In this document: in pieces, positions 7,193 to 15,561 of the stretch
Layout of the letters: each line of letters begins with the position of its first letter
Numbering within the stretch: the stretch's first letter is position 1
Assembly: GCA_031372065.1 (NCBI GenBank)
Contig: JANMKN010000027.1
Location: 1-33,123, forward strand
Length of the DNA: 33,123 bases
Direction: 5' to 3'
DNA from: Abditibacteriaceae bacterium
GTDB taxonomy: Bacteria > Armatimonadota > Abditibacteriia > Abditibacteriales > Abditibacteriaceae
Translations under genes and position numbers: made by a program
The notes under the pieces: model-generated
What the model was told of the DNA's origin: nothing
The model's input: only the letters and a program-made list of their open reading frames with translations
Database searches by the model: none

Positions 7193-8371
7193 ATGAAGTT
7201 AGAAGTTCACAACCATTGTGATGATTACAATTCGTATCGCGCGGCGCGGGTTAAATCCCTCTTCAATGCCGAGAGCGGCTGTAATTTCGATTTAACTGCC
7301 GAGTTGCCGATTGATGACAACGAGTGGAGCCTCGGTCTCATTGTTGGCCCGTCCGGTAGTGGCAAAACCAGTTTGGGCAAACAGATATTTGGCCCGTCGG
7401 CGTTGTATGGATCGGCTGGCTGGCCGCTTGATAAACCAATCGTCGAAGCCATTGCGCCGGAGAAACCATTTGACGACGTAACGGGCGCTTTAGCTGCTGT
7501 GGGACTTGGCACCGTCCCGGCGTGGCTGCGGCCCTATGCTGTGCTTTCCAACGGTGAGAAGTTCCGCGCTGACCTTGCCCGCGTCATCTGCGATGCACCG
7601 CAGCGCGTTGCAATTGATGAATTCACCAGCGTGGTAGACCGGCAAATCGCCAAATTCGGCGCGCACGCCTTTGCCAAATCGTGGCGGCGTGCGGCGAAAA
7701 GTAGCGGCGCTCAATGCGTTTTGCTCTCGTGCCACTATGACATCATTGAATGGGTAGAACCGGACTGGATATTTGATACCGCAACAGGCAAGTATTCAGG
7801 CCGGTCACTTTGGCGACGCCCACAATTTGAACTCGCCATTTGGCAGACGGATTGGCGTTACTGGCCTATGTTTGAGCCGCATCACTATTTGAAATTGCCG
7901 CGTATGATCGCCGCGCAGTGCTACGTTGGCGGCGTGGACGGCGAGCCGGTTTGTCATGTGGCATTTTCGACGCGGCCCGGATTAGTCGAAGCGCGGGCCT
8001 GTCGTTTAGTGGTCACACCGGAATGGCAGGGCGCCGGGGTTGGAATGCGCTTTTTAAACGCGGTGTGCGAGATGTGGCGGCTCGGTGAAAACCGTTATCA
8101 AAAGCCGATGCTAACGCTCTTTCATACTTCGCATCCGGGTTTATGCGCGGCGCTGCGGCGCGATCCGAACTGGGTGCAAGTGAGTGCGAATCTTTACGGC
8201 GGCAACAAGGCGCGTAGCCGGGCCAGCATGGAACGCAGTGATGCGCGCAACAATACGAAAAATGCCAAATCTGGTTTTGGCGGTCACTTTCGGGCGGTGC
8301 AGGGTTTTCGATATTTAGGAGCCGAGGCAGTTGCAGAATCTCGTGCGGCGGCGCGTGGTGAAAAACAATAA
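7193..8371 (+). CDS. ABC-type ATPase fused to GNAT acyltransferase (putative DNA-modification enzyme)
   Basis: Walker A GPSGSGKTS, signature LSNGEKFR, Walker B AIDEF, H-loop SCH; GNAT motif A RLVVTPEWQGAGVG; no permease gene nearby. Confidence 0.88.
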   Translation: MKLEVHNHCDDYNSYRAARVKSLFNAESGCNFDLTAELPIDDNEWSLGLIVGPSGSGKTSLGKQIFGPSALYGSAGWPLDKPIVEAIAPEKPFDDVTGALAAVGLGTVPAWLRPYAVLSNGEKFRADLARVICDAPQRVAIDEFTSVVDRQIAKFGAHAFAKSWRRAAKSSGAQCVLLSCHYDIIEWVEPDWIFDTATGKYSGRSLWRRPQFELAIWQTDWRYWPMFEPHHYLKLPRMIAAQCYVGGVDGEPVCHVAFSTRPGLVEARACRLVVTPEWQGAGVGMRFLNAVCEMWRLGENRYQKPMLTLFHTSHPGLCAALRRDPNWVQVSANLYGGNKARSRASMERSDARNNTKNAKSGFGGHFRAVQGFRYLGAEAVAESRAAARGEKQ

Positions 8372-9081
8372 TGCGGATTTACCTTTGCGGTCAAAAACTC
8401 TTTGGGAGGGAAACATTTCATCTTCTGCGCGAATTGGGGCATGAGATTGTCGGTGTTTCCGCACCGCCTGAAGGCCGCGATGGGCGCCCCGATAAATTAT
8501 GGCAACGGGCCGCGTTCGGCAACATTCCACGACTGCCAGCGGGCGAACTAAACGCGACGACACTGCCCGCTGATGTGGATTTGATTGTCTGCGCGCATAG
8601 TCATGATTTTATAGGGCGCGCCACGCGAGGAAAGGCCCGCTTTGGCGCGATAGGCTATCATCCGTCGCTCTTGCCGCTGCATCGGGGCCGCGATGCCATT
8701 CGCTGGACTTTGCGTGACGGCGACCGCGTGACCGGCGGCACGGTTTATTGGTTGAATGACACGGTGGACGGCGGGCCGGTGGCCGCGCAGGATTGGTGCT
8801 TCGTGCAGCCGAATGATACGCCGGAAACGCTGTGGCGCCGTGAACTGTTTCGTATGGGCCAGCGTCTTTTTCGGCAAGTGCTAACCGACATTCCGCGCGG
8901 AATGTTAGTGCAGATTCCACAGGATGAAAAGCTGGCGACGTGGGAGCCGAGTTTTAACCCGCCACCGCTCAGGCGGCCTGACCTGCCGATGTTGACCGAC
9001 GGGCGCGAATCTGGTTTTCGTGTGGTTGTCTCGCGGGACGATGCGCGCGAATTCGCTGGGGATTTTGTAGGGTCAGGGTGA
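8371..9081 (+). CDS. 10-formyl-THF-dependent formyltransferase family protein
   Basis: GYHPSLLPLHRG...AIRW...GGTVYWLNDTVDGG; TAATG coupling to the ATPase-GNAT gene. Confidence 0.9.
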   Translation: MRIYLCGQKLFGRETFHLLRELGHEIVGVSAPPEGRDGRPDKLWQRAAFGNIPRLPAGELNATTLPADVDLIVCAHSHDFIGRATRGKARFGAIGYHPSLLPLHRGRDAIRWTLRDGDRVTGGTVYWLNDTVDGGPVAAQDWCFVQPNDTPETLWRRELFRMGQRLFRQVLTDIPRGMLVQIPQDEKLATWEPSFNPPPLRRPDLPMLTDGRESGFRVVVSRDDAREFAGDFVGSG

Positions 9082-9087
9082 TAATGT

Positions 9088-9600
9088 GTGGCGCATCGAG
9101 AAACAGCCAAGCACCGAGAAGCATTTGAGGCATGGTATGCCGTCAACCGCGAATTTGGCAAAATTTGGCGAAAACTGGCAATCCCAGAGCGCACGTTGCG
9201 GAATTGGGCGAAGTGGTTTGAGTGGCACGAATTAGCCGACGCCCGCGATGTTGAAGCGCAGCGAATCGCCGACGAGGAGGCCGCGAAGGAGCGGGCAGAG
9301 CGTCAAAAGCGGCGGCGGCGCGCGGCGGAATTGCTGACGGCGCGCGGCGTCAAGTTTTTCAGCACGAATGAAATTGACACGCCGCGCGATGCGATTCAGG
9401 CTATCAAGGCCGGCTTGGAAAACGAACGTAAGGAAGACGGTGTGCCTGATTGGGTTTTGATGATTCTTAATGCCAAACCTGAAGACCTCGAAGCAATGGG
9501 AAGACTCTTTGGCTCATCTCTCGCCGACGCAGCGGAAACAAGCAGCGACGCTGATAGCTTATCGCTTGAAGCAGATGCCGAAGCAGAGGTCAGCGGATAA
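9088..9600 (+). CDS. Probable terminase small subunit
   Basis: N-terminal HTH (LAIPERTLRNWAKWFEW), helical middle, immediately upstream of and overlapping TerL. Confidence 0.72.
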   Translation: MAHRETAKHREAFEAWYAVNREFGKIWRKLAIPERTLRNWAKWFEWHELADARDVEAQRIADEEAAKERAERQKRRRRAAELLTARGVKFFSTNEIDTPRDAIQAIKAGLENERKEDGVPDWVLMILNAKPEDLEAMGRLFGSSLADAAETSSDADSLSLEADAEAEVSG

Positions 9601-11134
9601 TTCAAAATTGCAGCGCGCGGCTGCAGAGCGCGCCAGAAGTTATGATGATTTCAAGGCTAAATATCGCAGCGATCCTGAAGGCTTTGTTTTGGATTGCATC
9701 GCTTGGAAAGATGGCGACAGCCCAACGGATTACCAGCTTGAAATTTTGCGCGCCATCCCTGAGAAAAAGCGCGTCTGTGTGCGCGGCCCGCACGGTTTAG
9801 GTAAGACGGCGCTGTCTGCATGGCTGGTCCTATGGTTCGCCTTGACGCGCGATGGCGAAGATTGGAAGATGCCCACCACGGCAGGAGCGTGGCGCCAATT
9901 AACCAAGTTCCTGTGGCCGGAGATTCACAAATGGGCGCGTCGCCTCAAATGGGATGTTATCGGGCGAGTGCCTTTCGATGAGCGCCTTGAGCTGCAGACA
10001 CTGGGACTCAAATTATCAACAGGCGAAGCGTTTGCGGTGGCTTCGAACAAGCCGGACTTAATCGAAGGCGCTCATGCCGATTGTCTGTTTTATCTTTATG
10101 ACGAATCGAAGGCCATCGGCGATGACACATTTGATGCCGCCGAAGGCGCCTTTTCCAATGCGGGCGAGAACACAATGAATGAGGCATTTGCAGCGGCGTT
10201 TTCGACGCCGGGAGAGCCGCAGGGCCGCTTTTACGATATTCAATCGCGTAAAGCTGGCTTTGAAGACTGGTGGCCGCGCGCAGTCAGCTTGGAGGAAACC
10301 GTCGCAGCGGGCCGCGTGGCGCGTGATTGGGCCATGCAACGTGGGCGGCAGTGGGGCGCGGACTCAACACTTTATATTCGGCGTGTTCTGGGCAACTTCG
10401 CCAGCGATGATGAAAGCGGCGTGGTTCCCTTGTCGTGGGTTGAAGCCGCGCAGGAGCGGTGGCAAGATTGGGTTGAAGCTGGGAAAATCGGCGAACTGGA
10501 AGCATTAGGTATTGATGTAGGCGGCGGCGGCGATCCTTCTGTTTTGGCAAAGCTTTTTCGCATTAATGAGCCTGAGCGCTTGCCGGAAGTGAGGCGCGCC
10601 GTAGATGAATTGGAATATGATCGGAGTGGTGATCCGCTGGCGATCGGCTCGATTGCCTCGCGCACCTTGAATAAGTTCCCGGCGCTCCGCACCGTCGTGG
10701 ACGTGATCGGTTTAGGTGCGGGCACGGCCAGTGAGCTGCGGCGCTCCTTTTCGCGCATATTAGGCTTTGTTGCCGGAGGGAAAGTGCCGACGGACGCGCG
10801 CGGTAATGAATTGACTGACAAGAGCGGCGATATGCTCTTTGCCGACGCGCGTTCATGGGCGTGGTGGACGATGCGGGAGATGCTTGATCCGCAATATGCC
10901 GAGGGTTGGGCGCTGCCACCTGATGATCGCTTGACTGGCGACCTCACTGCCCCCAAGTGGCGCGAATGGGGCAAAGGGCGCGTCCGCGTTGAATCCAAGG
11001 AAGATATTCGCAAGCGCCTCAAGCGCTCCACGGACGCCGCCGACGCTGTGATTCAAATGTTATACGATGAACCGAAGGAAGAAGAAATTCCGGAGCGCCG
11101 GGTCGGCTCGTTTTCATTTCGCAATTTTGGATAG
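9470..11134 (+). CDS. terL: Terminase large subunit
   Basis: Walker A VRGPHGLGKT, Walker B LYDES, coupling motif STP, RNase H-like nuclease GIDVG...VVDVIGLG...STDAADA; start could be 9575. Confidence 0.93.
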   Translation: MPNLKTSKQWEDSLAHLSPTQRKQAATLIAYRLKQMPKQRSADNSKLQRAAAERARSYDDFKAKYRSDPEGFVLDCIAWKDGDSPTDYQLEILRAIPEKKRVCVRGPHGLGKTALSAWLVLWFALTRDGEDWKMPTTAGAWRQLTKFLWPEIHKWARRLKWDVIGRVPFDERLELQTLGLKLSTGEAFAVASNKPDLIEGAHADCLFYLYDESKAIGDDTFDAAEGAFSNAGENTMNEAFAAAFSTPGEPQGRFYDIQSRKAGFEDWWPRAVSLEETVAAGRVARDWAMQRGRQWGADSTLYIRRVLGNFASDDESGVVPLSWVEAAQERWQDWVEAGKIGELEALGIDVGGGGDPSVLAKLFRINEPERLPEVRRAVDELEYDRSGDPLAIGSIASRTLNKFPALRTVVDVIGLGAGTASELRRSFSRILGFVAGGKVPTDARGNELTDKSGDMLFADARSWAWWTMREMLDPQYAEGWALPPDDRLTGDLTAPKWREWGKGRVRVESKEDIRKRLKRSTDAADAVIQMLYDEPKEEEIPERRVGSFSFRNFG

Positions 11135-11142
11135 TCAATTTT

Positions 11143-12897
11143 ATGCTTAAACCGAATAAGCGCCCTCACCCTTTCTGGTCTTTGACCAGGCCGCAGGCCG
11201 GAGCGCTACTGTCTCTTGGCGATGCGCAGCGGCTGGCCGCAGGAATCAACCGCCGCTTTTACGATGGCGATCATTGGATGGATGCCGAGGGCTGGATCGG
11301 GCCAATTCCGACCAAAAGCGATAAAGCGTATCTCATTATTAAAGAAGAGATACGCCGTCTGTTTTGTTCGCGCAACGCCATCAAGGAAGTCGTCGATCAT
11401 CAGGTGGATGGCGCCCTGTCCAAACAGATGTCAAAGCGCATCACTTTGCGACGCGCCGTGACCGAGGAGCAGCCCATCACGCCGGATGAGCAAAAGCAAC
11501 TTGATGAATTCAATACTCTGGCGCTGGAGTGCTGGCGAAATCGCAAATTGCGCACCCTGCTCAAAGAAGCCTATGGTCGCAAGTTACTCGATGAGCGTAG
11601 CGTGGCGCGCGTTTACGTGCCGCGCGGACGGCTTGAAGTGGTGGACAGCGAAATCGGCCCACTCTTAAGAGTGCCGGACGGCTTGAATGTCGCCGAATAT
11701 CTGGACATGATTCACCCGGAAATCTGCGAACCGGGTAGTGCGGGCGTTGAAGTCGACGAAGAAACAAAAACACCCGGCGGCGTCGTCATTCAAAAGATCT
11801 GCAGCCGCGAAACTACCGAAATCATTTTTGTGGATCAGGGTAAAACATGGATTCGCACGTTAAGCGATGTGCAAAGCGATATCATCGAAATTGCGCGCGA
11901 TAGCGATGCGCAGGCACTGCGGGATAGCGATGCACAGACTTACGAGTTGAATTTAGGCGGGCGCATGACGGTTTACGAGCCGAGACTGCGCTCTGTCGTT
12001 TCGCAGCAGGTGCGCGAAAACCAGATGGCCTATAATCTGGCGCGCACCATGGAAAACAAAAACGTGGTGATGGGCGGCTTTTTAGAACGTGTCATTTTGG
12101 ACGCCATGCCGCCCGGCCAGTGGGTGCAAGATCCTGAATTTCCCGATGACCCGCAAAGGAAAATCTATAAAGTCGGTGACTTCCGGCTGGGCGCGGGCGA
12201 AGCCAGTTTCTTTTTTGCCGCCGAATACCGTGACCCGCAAACCAAAGAAACCAAATTTGGCAACCCGCGCGTTTACTGGAAAGATCCCGTGGCGCCGGAT
12301 ACTTTCATCACGGCGGCGCGCGATGCCTACCAGACGATTTTAGAAGAGGTTGGGCAAGCCCATATTCTTATCAGCGGCGACGCCACGGCCAGTGGCAAAT
12401 CGCGCGAGCAGGCCGAGCGCACGTATCGCCGTCAGTTGGAAGACGACGCCTCGGAAATCGAAGCCTTAGCCGAGTGGCTGCTCGAAGTGCAATTAGTTAT
12501 GGCACTGGATTTTGCGGGCCGCGCCGATGAATTTAAGGCATTCCGCGCGGAATGCCTTTGCTTTATCGAAACTGGCACCAGAGAGGCTCCGCAACGCGCC
12601 GAAGACCGCGCGCGGGTTGCCGCCGGGCACATGTCTCTTGAAGAAGCAATGCGACTTGACGGCATTGAAGACCCGGCGGCGGAAATGGAGCGCATCGCGC
12701 AGGAACAATGGCGGCTTATGACGCCCCAGTCGCGGGCAAACTTTGTCGAAACCATGACCCGCGCCGGAGCCGGAATTGCGGCGGCGGCCCGCGTGGCCGG
12801 TTTCGATGACGGGCAAATCACTCAACTTGAGCGCAGCGATTTTGATGAACCAAATCCCGGCGGCGATCCAAACAACGGAGGCGGCGGTGGCGAATAA
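11143..12897 (+). CDS. Portal protein
   Basis: 584 aa directly after TerL; RRFYDGDH near the N-terminus, ASGKSRE and MSLEEAM...EMERI near the C-terminus as in SPP1-like portals. Confidence 0.8.
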   Translation: MLKPNKRPHPFWSLTRPQAGALLSLGDAQRLAAGINRRFYDGDHWMDAEGWIGPIPTKSDKAYLIIKEEIRRLFCSRNAIKEVVDHQVDGALSKQMSKRITLRRAVTEEQPITPDEQKQLDEFNTLALECWRNRKLRTLLKEAYGRKLLDERSVARVYVPRGRLEVVDSEIGPLLRVPDGLNVAEYLDMIHPEICEPGSAGVEVDEETKTPGGVVIQKICSRETTEIIFVDQGKTWIRTLSDVQSDIIEIARDSDAQALRDSDAQTYELNLGGRMTVYEPRLRSVVSQQVRENQMAYNLARTMENKNVVMGGFLERVILDAMPPGQWVQDPEFPDDPQRKIYKVGDFRLGAGEASFFFAAEYRDPQTKETKFGNPRVYWKDPVAPDTFITAARDAYQTILEEVGQAHILISGDATASGKSREQAERTYRRQLEDDASEIEALAEWLLEVQLVMALDFAGRADEFKAFRAECLCFIETGTREAPQRAEDRARVAAGHMSLEEAMRLDGIEDPAAEMERIAQEQWRLMTPQSRANFVETMTRAGAGIAAAARVAGFDDGQITQLERSDFDEPNPGGDPNNGGGGGE

Positions 12898-13108
12898 AAG
12901 TGGCAAGCAAACTCCTAAAGGGCAAACCCCAAAGCAGGAAAAACAAAAGGTTGTGCCCCGTGGCAAGGCGCAGCGCCAAAGCAATGAACAATTGAACGAA
13001 GCTACCAGTGCGCGGACCATGCGCTCCAAAACCGATGCGGCCCTTGCGGATTGGAACAAAAACGCGCCTAAAGAATATCGGGACATTTTGGATGCGGAGG
13101 AATTGTGA
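12887..13108 (+). CDS. Hypothetical basic protein (73 aa)
   Basis: GGAGG at 12877-12881, GTG at 12887 in frame with ORF 12776..13108; GTGA overlap with the next gene. Confidence 0.6.
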   Translation: MANKSGKQTPKGQTPKQEKQKVVPRGKAQRQSNEQLNEATSARTMRSKTDAALADWNKNAPKEYRDILDAEEL

Positions 13109-13659
13109 GCCGAATAATAGAGAAGAAAGCACCGAAAACAACAGTTAAAACTGCGCCCAGTAAAGCAGACCGAGCCCTGACAAAAGCATGGGAGAGCGTC
13201 CAAAATCGCCCACTGGAATCGGCGGGCCGCTTTGAATACAGAGGCGATATTCCGCCTGATATCGGGCGAGAAATCTTTAAGGTCATCGAACCTTTGGAGT
13301 GGCTTATGCCGCCGTGGTGCTATACCTGCTTAGTGGGTTGGAATTCGGATGCCAACGATAAAGATGCGCAGGGCGGGGCCGCCGTCTCCTGTTCTGCGAG
13401 TTATGAATATCGTCATATGTGCCTGACTTTCTACCCCTCTTTTTTCGACGCTCGGCCACCAGAACGGCGCATGATGGTAATTCACGATCTGCTGCATTGC
13501 GTCACGAAGGTTTTCATGGATTATGCCCGCGAAGAAATTGAGCGTCTCTTGCCCGATGATGAAGCGCCTAAATACCGAGGCGCTGTTTTAGATGAATTAA
13601 CCCGACGACATGAGGCCATGACGCAGGACTTGGCTCGCCTGATAAATGAGCGCCTTTAA
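13105..13659 (+). CDS. Zincin-like (HExxH-variant) hypothetical protein
   Basis: MMVIHDLLHC followed by HEAMT; GGAGG upstream. Confidence 0.6.
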   Translation: MSRIIEKKAPKTTVKTAPSKADRALTKAWESVQNRPLESAGRFEYRGDIPPDIGREIFKVIEPLEWLMPPWCYTCLVGWNSDANDKDAQGGAAVSCSASYEYRHMCLTFYPSFFDARPPERRMMVIHDLLHCVTKVFMDYAREEIERLLPDDEAPKYRGAVLDELTRRHEAMTQDLARLINERL

Positions 13660-13685
13660 CGCGGTCAGAGTTACGTCACCCTTCC

Positions 13686-14300
13686 ATGGCGAAAAATATG
13701 AAGTTCACCTTCGAGAATGCAACCGGGCGCTATCGGAGCGGCAACGGGCAATTCGCGTCTCGCAATACAGTGCGCGGCGCTCTGGACAAATACCTTGAAG
13801 TCAAAACGCGCGAGGCCACGGCTTTAGCCATTCAACTGCGCAACCGCGAAATCACCATCGCCCAGTGGCAGGCCGCCATGCGCGAGGTGATTGCCGAATC
13901 GCACTTGAATGGTGCGATGTTAGCCAAAGGCGGTAAGTCGCGCATGACGCAGGCCGACTATGGCCGCGTGGGTGCTTTGGTTAAATTCGAGTATCGCCAA
14001 CTCGAAAAGCTGGCGGTGCAAGTTGGCGCGGGCTTGCCGCTCGACGGGCATTTCATGCAGCGCGTCGGCCAATATGTCAACGCCGGACGGCACGTTTATC
14101 ATGTGGTTGACAGATTAGAGCAACGAGGGCGCGGCTTTGAGTTCGAGAGGTCTATCCGTCATGCCAGTGATTCGTGCAATGGTTGTTTGAGCGCAGCAGC
14201 AGCGGGCCTTGTGCCAATCGGCACACTCCCCCTGCCCGGCGAACGCGATTGTTGCAGGAACTGCCGATGTCAAATGCAATACGAAAAGGCAAGGACATGA
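13686..14300 (+). CDS. Head morphogenesis / minor capsid protein (Mu gpF / SPP1 gp7-like)
   Basis: Position after portal; C-terminal CNGC...PLPG...CCRNCRC. Confidence 0.72.
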   Translation: MAKNMKFTFENATGRYRSGNGQFASRNTVRGALDKYLEVKTREATALAIQLRNREITIAQWQAAMREVIAESHLNGAMLAKGGKSRMTQADYGRVGALVKFEYRQLEKLAVQVGAGLPLDGHFMQRVGQYVNAGRHVYHVVDRLEQRGRGFEFERSIRHASDSCNGCLSAAAAGLVPIGTLPLPGERDCCRNCRCQMQYEKART

Positions 14301-14521
14301 CTCCTAAAACTCCCTATCGCACCCGCGATATCGCCCGCGCGGTAAATCAAACTCCTCAAAGCGTGCGTTCGTTTTTGCGCGCGAAATTTCCTGATGCTGA
14401 GGGATGGTATTCGTTCACGGCGGACGAATTTCAAACCATTGTGACGGAGATGCAAACCACAATTACAAAGCGTTATGCCAATCGCCGCCGCGCCTATTTT
14501 TTAGCAAAAAAACGACGATAG
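14297..14521 (+). CDS. Small HTH DNA-binding protein (74 aa)
   Basis: ATGA overlap at 14297; TRDIARAVNQTPQSVRSFLR helix-turn-helix pattern and basic tail. Confidence 0.6.
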   Translation: MTPKTPYRTRDIARAVNQTPQSVRSFLRAKFPDAEGWYSFTADEFQTIVTEMQTTITKRYANRRRAYFLAKKRR

Positions 14522-14534
14522 TTTTTTCTCTTTT

Positions 14535-14562
14535 TTGTGATTCTCGCGCTTTGTCTTACAAT
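14535..14562 (+). promoter_or_regulatory. Possible sigma70-like promoter for the capsid genes
   Basis: TTGTGA-N16-TACAAT preceded by a T-rich tract. Confidence 0.3.
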
Positions 14563-14592
14563 CAATCCTGTATTTTCCTCTGAGGATTCTTT

Positions 14593-15429
14593 ATGCGATT
14601 CGGGCGATTGCCGGGTGTGCCACACGGTGTGCAGTGGTGTTTTGAAGAGGCCGACAAGGGTGGCGGTTCCGGCGGGACTTCCGGCGGCGCTGGAGCCAGT
14701 GACAATCAGCGTCAGAATCCGGCGGATGTAGTAGCGCGTTATAACGGCGATGCCGTGCGCATGGCGAGCGACTTATCCCAAAGCGAGGGGCGCAATTACG
14801 ATCTGCGGGAAAAGAACCGCGATTTGAAAGCAGAAAATGAGGCTTTGAAAAAGCAGTTGCCCCCTGCTACGCATGGCGAGGGCGCCCTTGTGCTGACCAA
14901 AGAGCAGGCTGCCCTTTGGGAAGGTTTTCAGAAGCTGAATTTAAAACCTGAAGAAGTCACAGCGCAACTCGCCGCTGGAAGCGCTGCCCTTGCCGAAAAT
15001 ACCGGCTTTAAGCGCGTCGCCACGCTGGACGAAGCCGCCAAGGTTTTGAGTTTTAAGCCGGGTGTTTTGAAGCTCTTAGCCAAAGATTTAAACGTCGAGA
15101 TGCGCGAAATTGAAGTCACCGATGCCGAAGGCAAGGCGACTAAACAAAAGCGCCCCTTCATCGTCGCTAAAGAAGGCGACAAAGAAACGCTGACTGGCCT
15201 CAAAGAATACTTTACGGCGCAGGGCGAGGACGTGTTAGCAACGCTGGCCGATGACGGGCAGAATTTTTCGCAGAATTATTCTGCGTCCCATAACGGTTCC
15301 CATAACGGTTCCCATAACGGCCATCAAAATGGCGGCACGCCCTACCCAGCGCAAGGTGCGGGCGGCGGCGGCAAGCAAAACTATCAGCCACGCAATCGCT
15401 ACGCGCATAATTTGCCCAAAAGCGAATGA
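14593..15429 (+). CDS. Capsid scaffolding protein
   Basis: GAGGA RBS; coiled coil (YDLREKNRDLKAENEALK), Gly-rich flexible ends, upstream of capsid genes. Confidence 0.72.
   Translation: MRFGRLPGVPHGVQWCFEEADKGGGSGGTSGGAGASDNQRQNPADVVARYNGDAVRMASDLSQSEGRNYDLREKNRDLKAENEALKKQLPPATHGEGALVLTKEQAALWEGFQKLNLKPEEVTAQLAAGSAALAENTGFKRVATLDEAAKVLSFKPGVLKLLAKDLNVEMREIEVTDAEGKATKQKRPFIVAKEGDKETLTGLKEYFTAQGEDVLATLADDGQNFSQNYSASHNGSHNGSHNGHQNGGTPYPAQGAGGGGKQNYQPRNRYAHNLPKSE
15287..15320 (+). repeat. 12-bp in-frame tandem repeat TCCCATAACGGT x~3 (SHNG)
   Basis: Directly visible. Confidence 0.9.
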
Positions 15430-15536
15430 CATTCGGGTGAATGACAATCGCTAACTCCCTTTTTCTTCGGGGCGCGGTGCGCTCCCTTCCGGCAGCTTTA
15501 AGCTGTCTTCCAATCCGGCGGGCTGCGGCGCGGCCT
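15421..15536 (+). promoter_or_regulatory. Array of four RNA hairpins between scaffold and decoration genes
   Basis: 15421-15452 long hairpin with symmetric A-A mismatches; three 7-3-7 hairpins at 15469-15485, 15491-15507, 15520-15536. Confidence 0.5.
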
Positions 15537-15561
15537 ACCCCAATTCTTTTTGAGGTGAACT

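Noticed and set aside
7193..8371. ABC transporter
   Set aside because: No membrane or substrate-binding partner; the ATPase is fused to a GNAT domain
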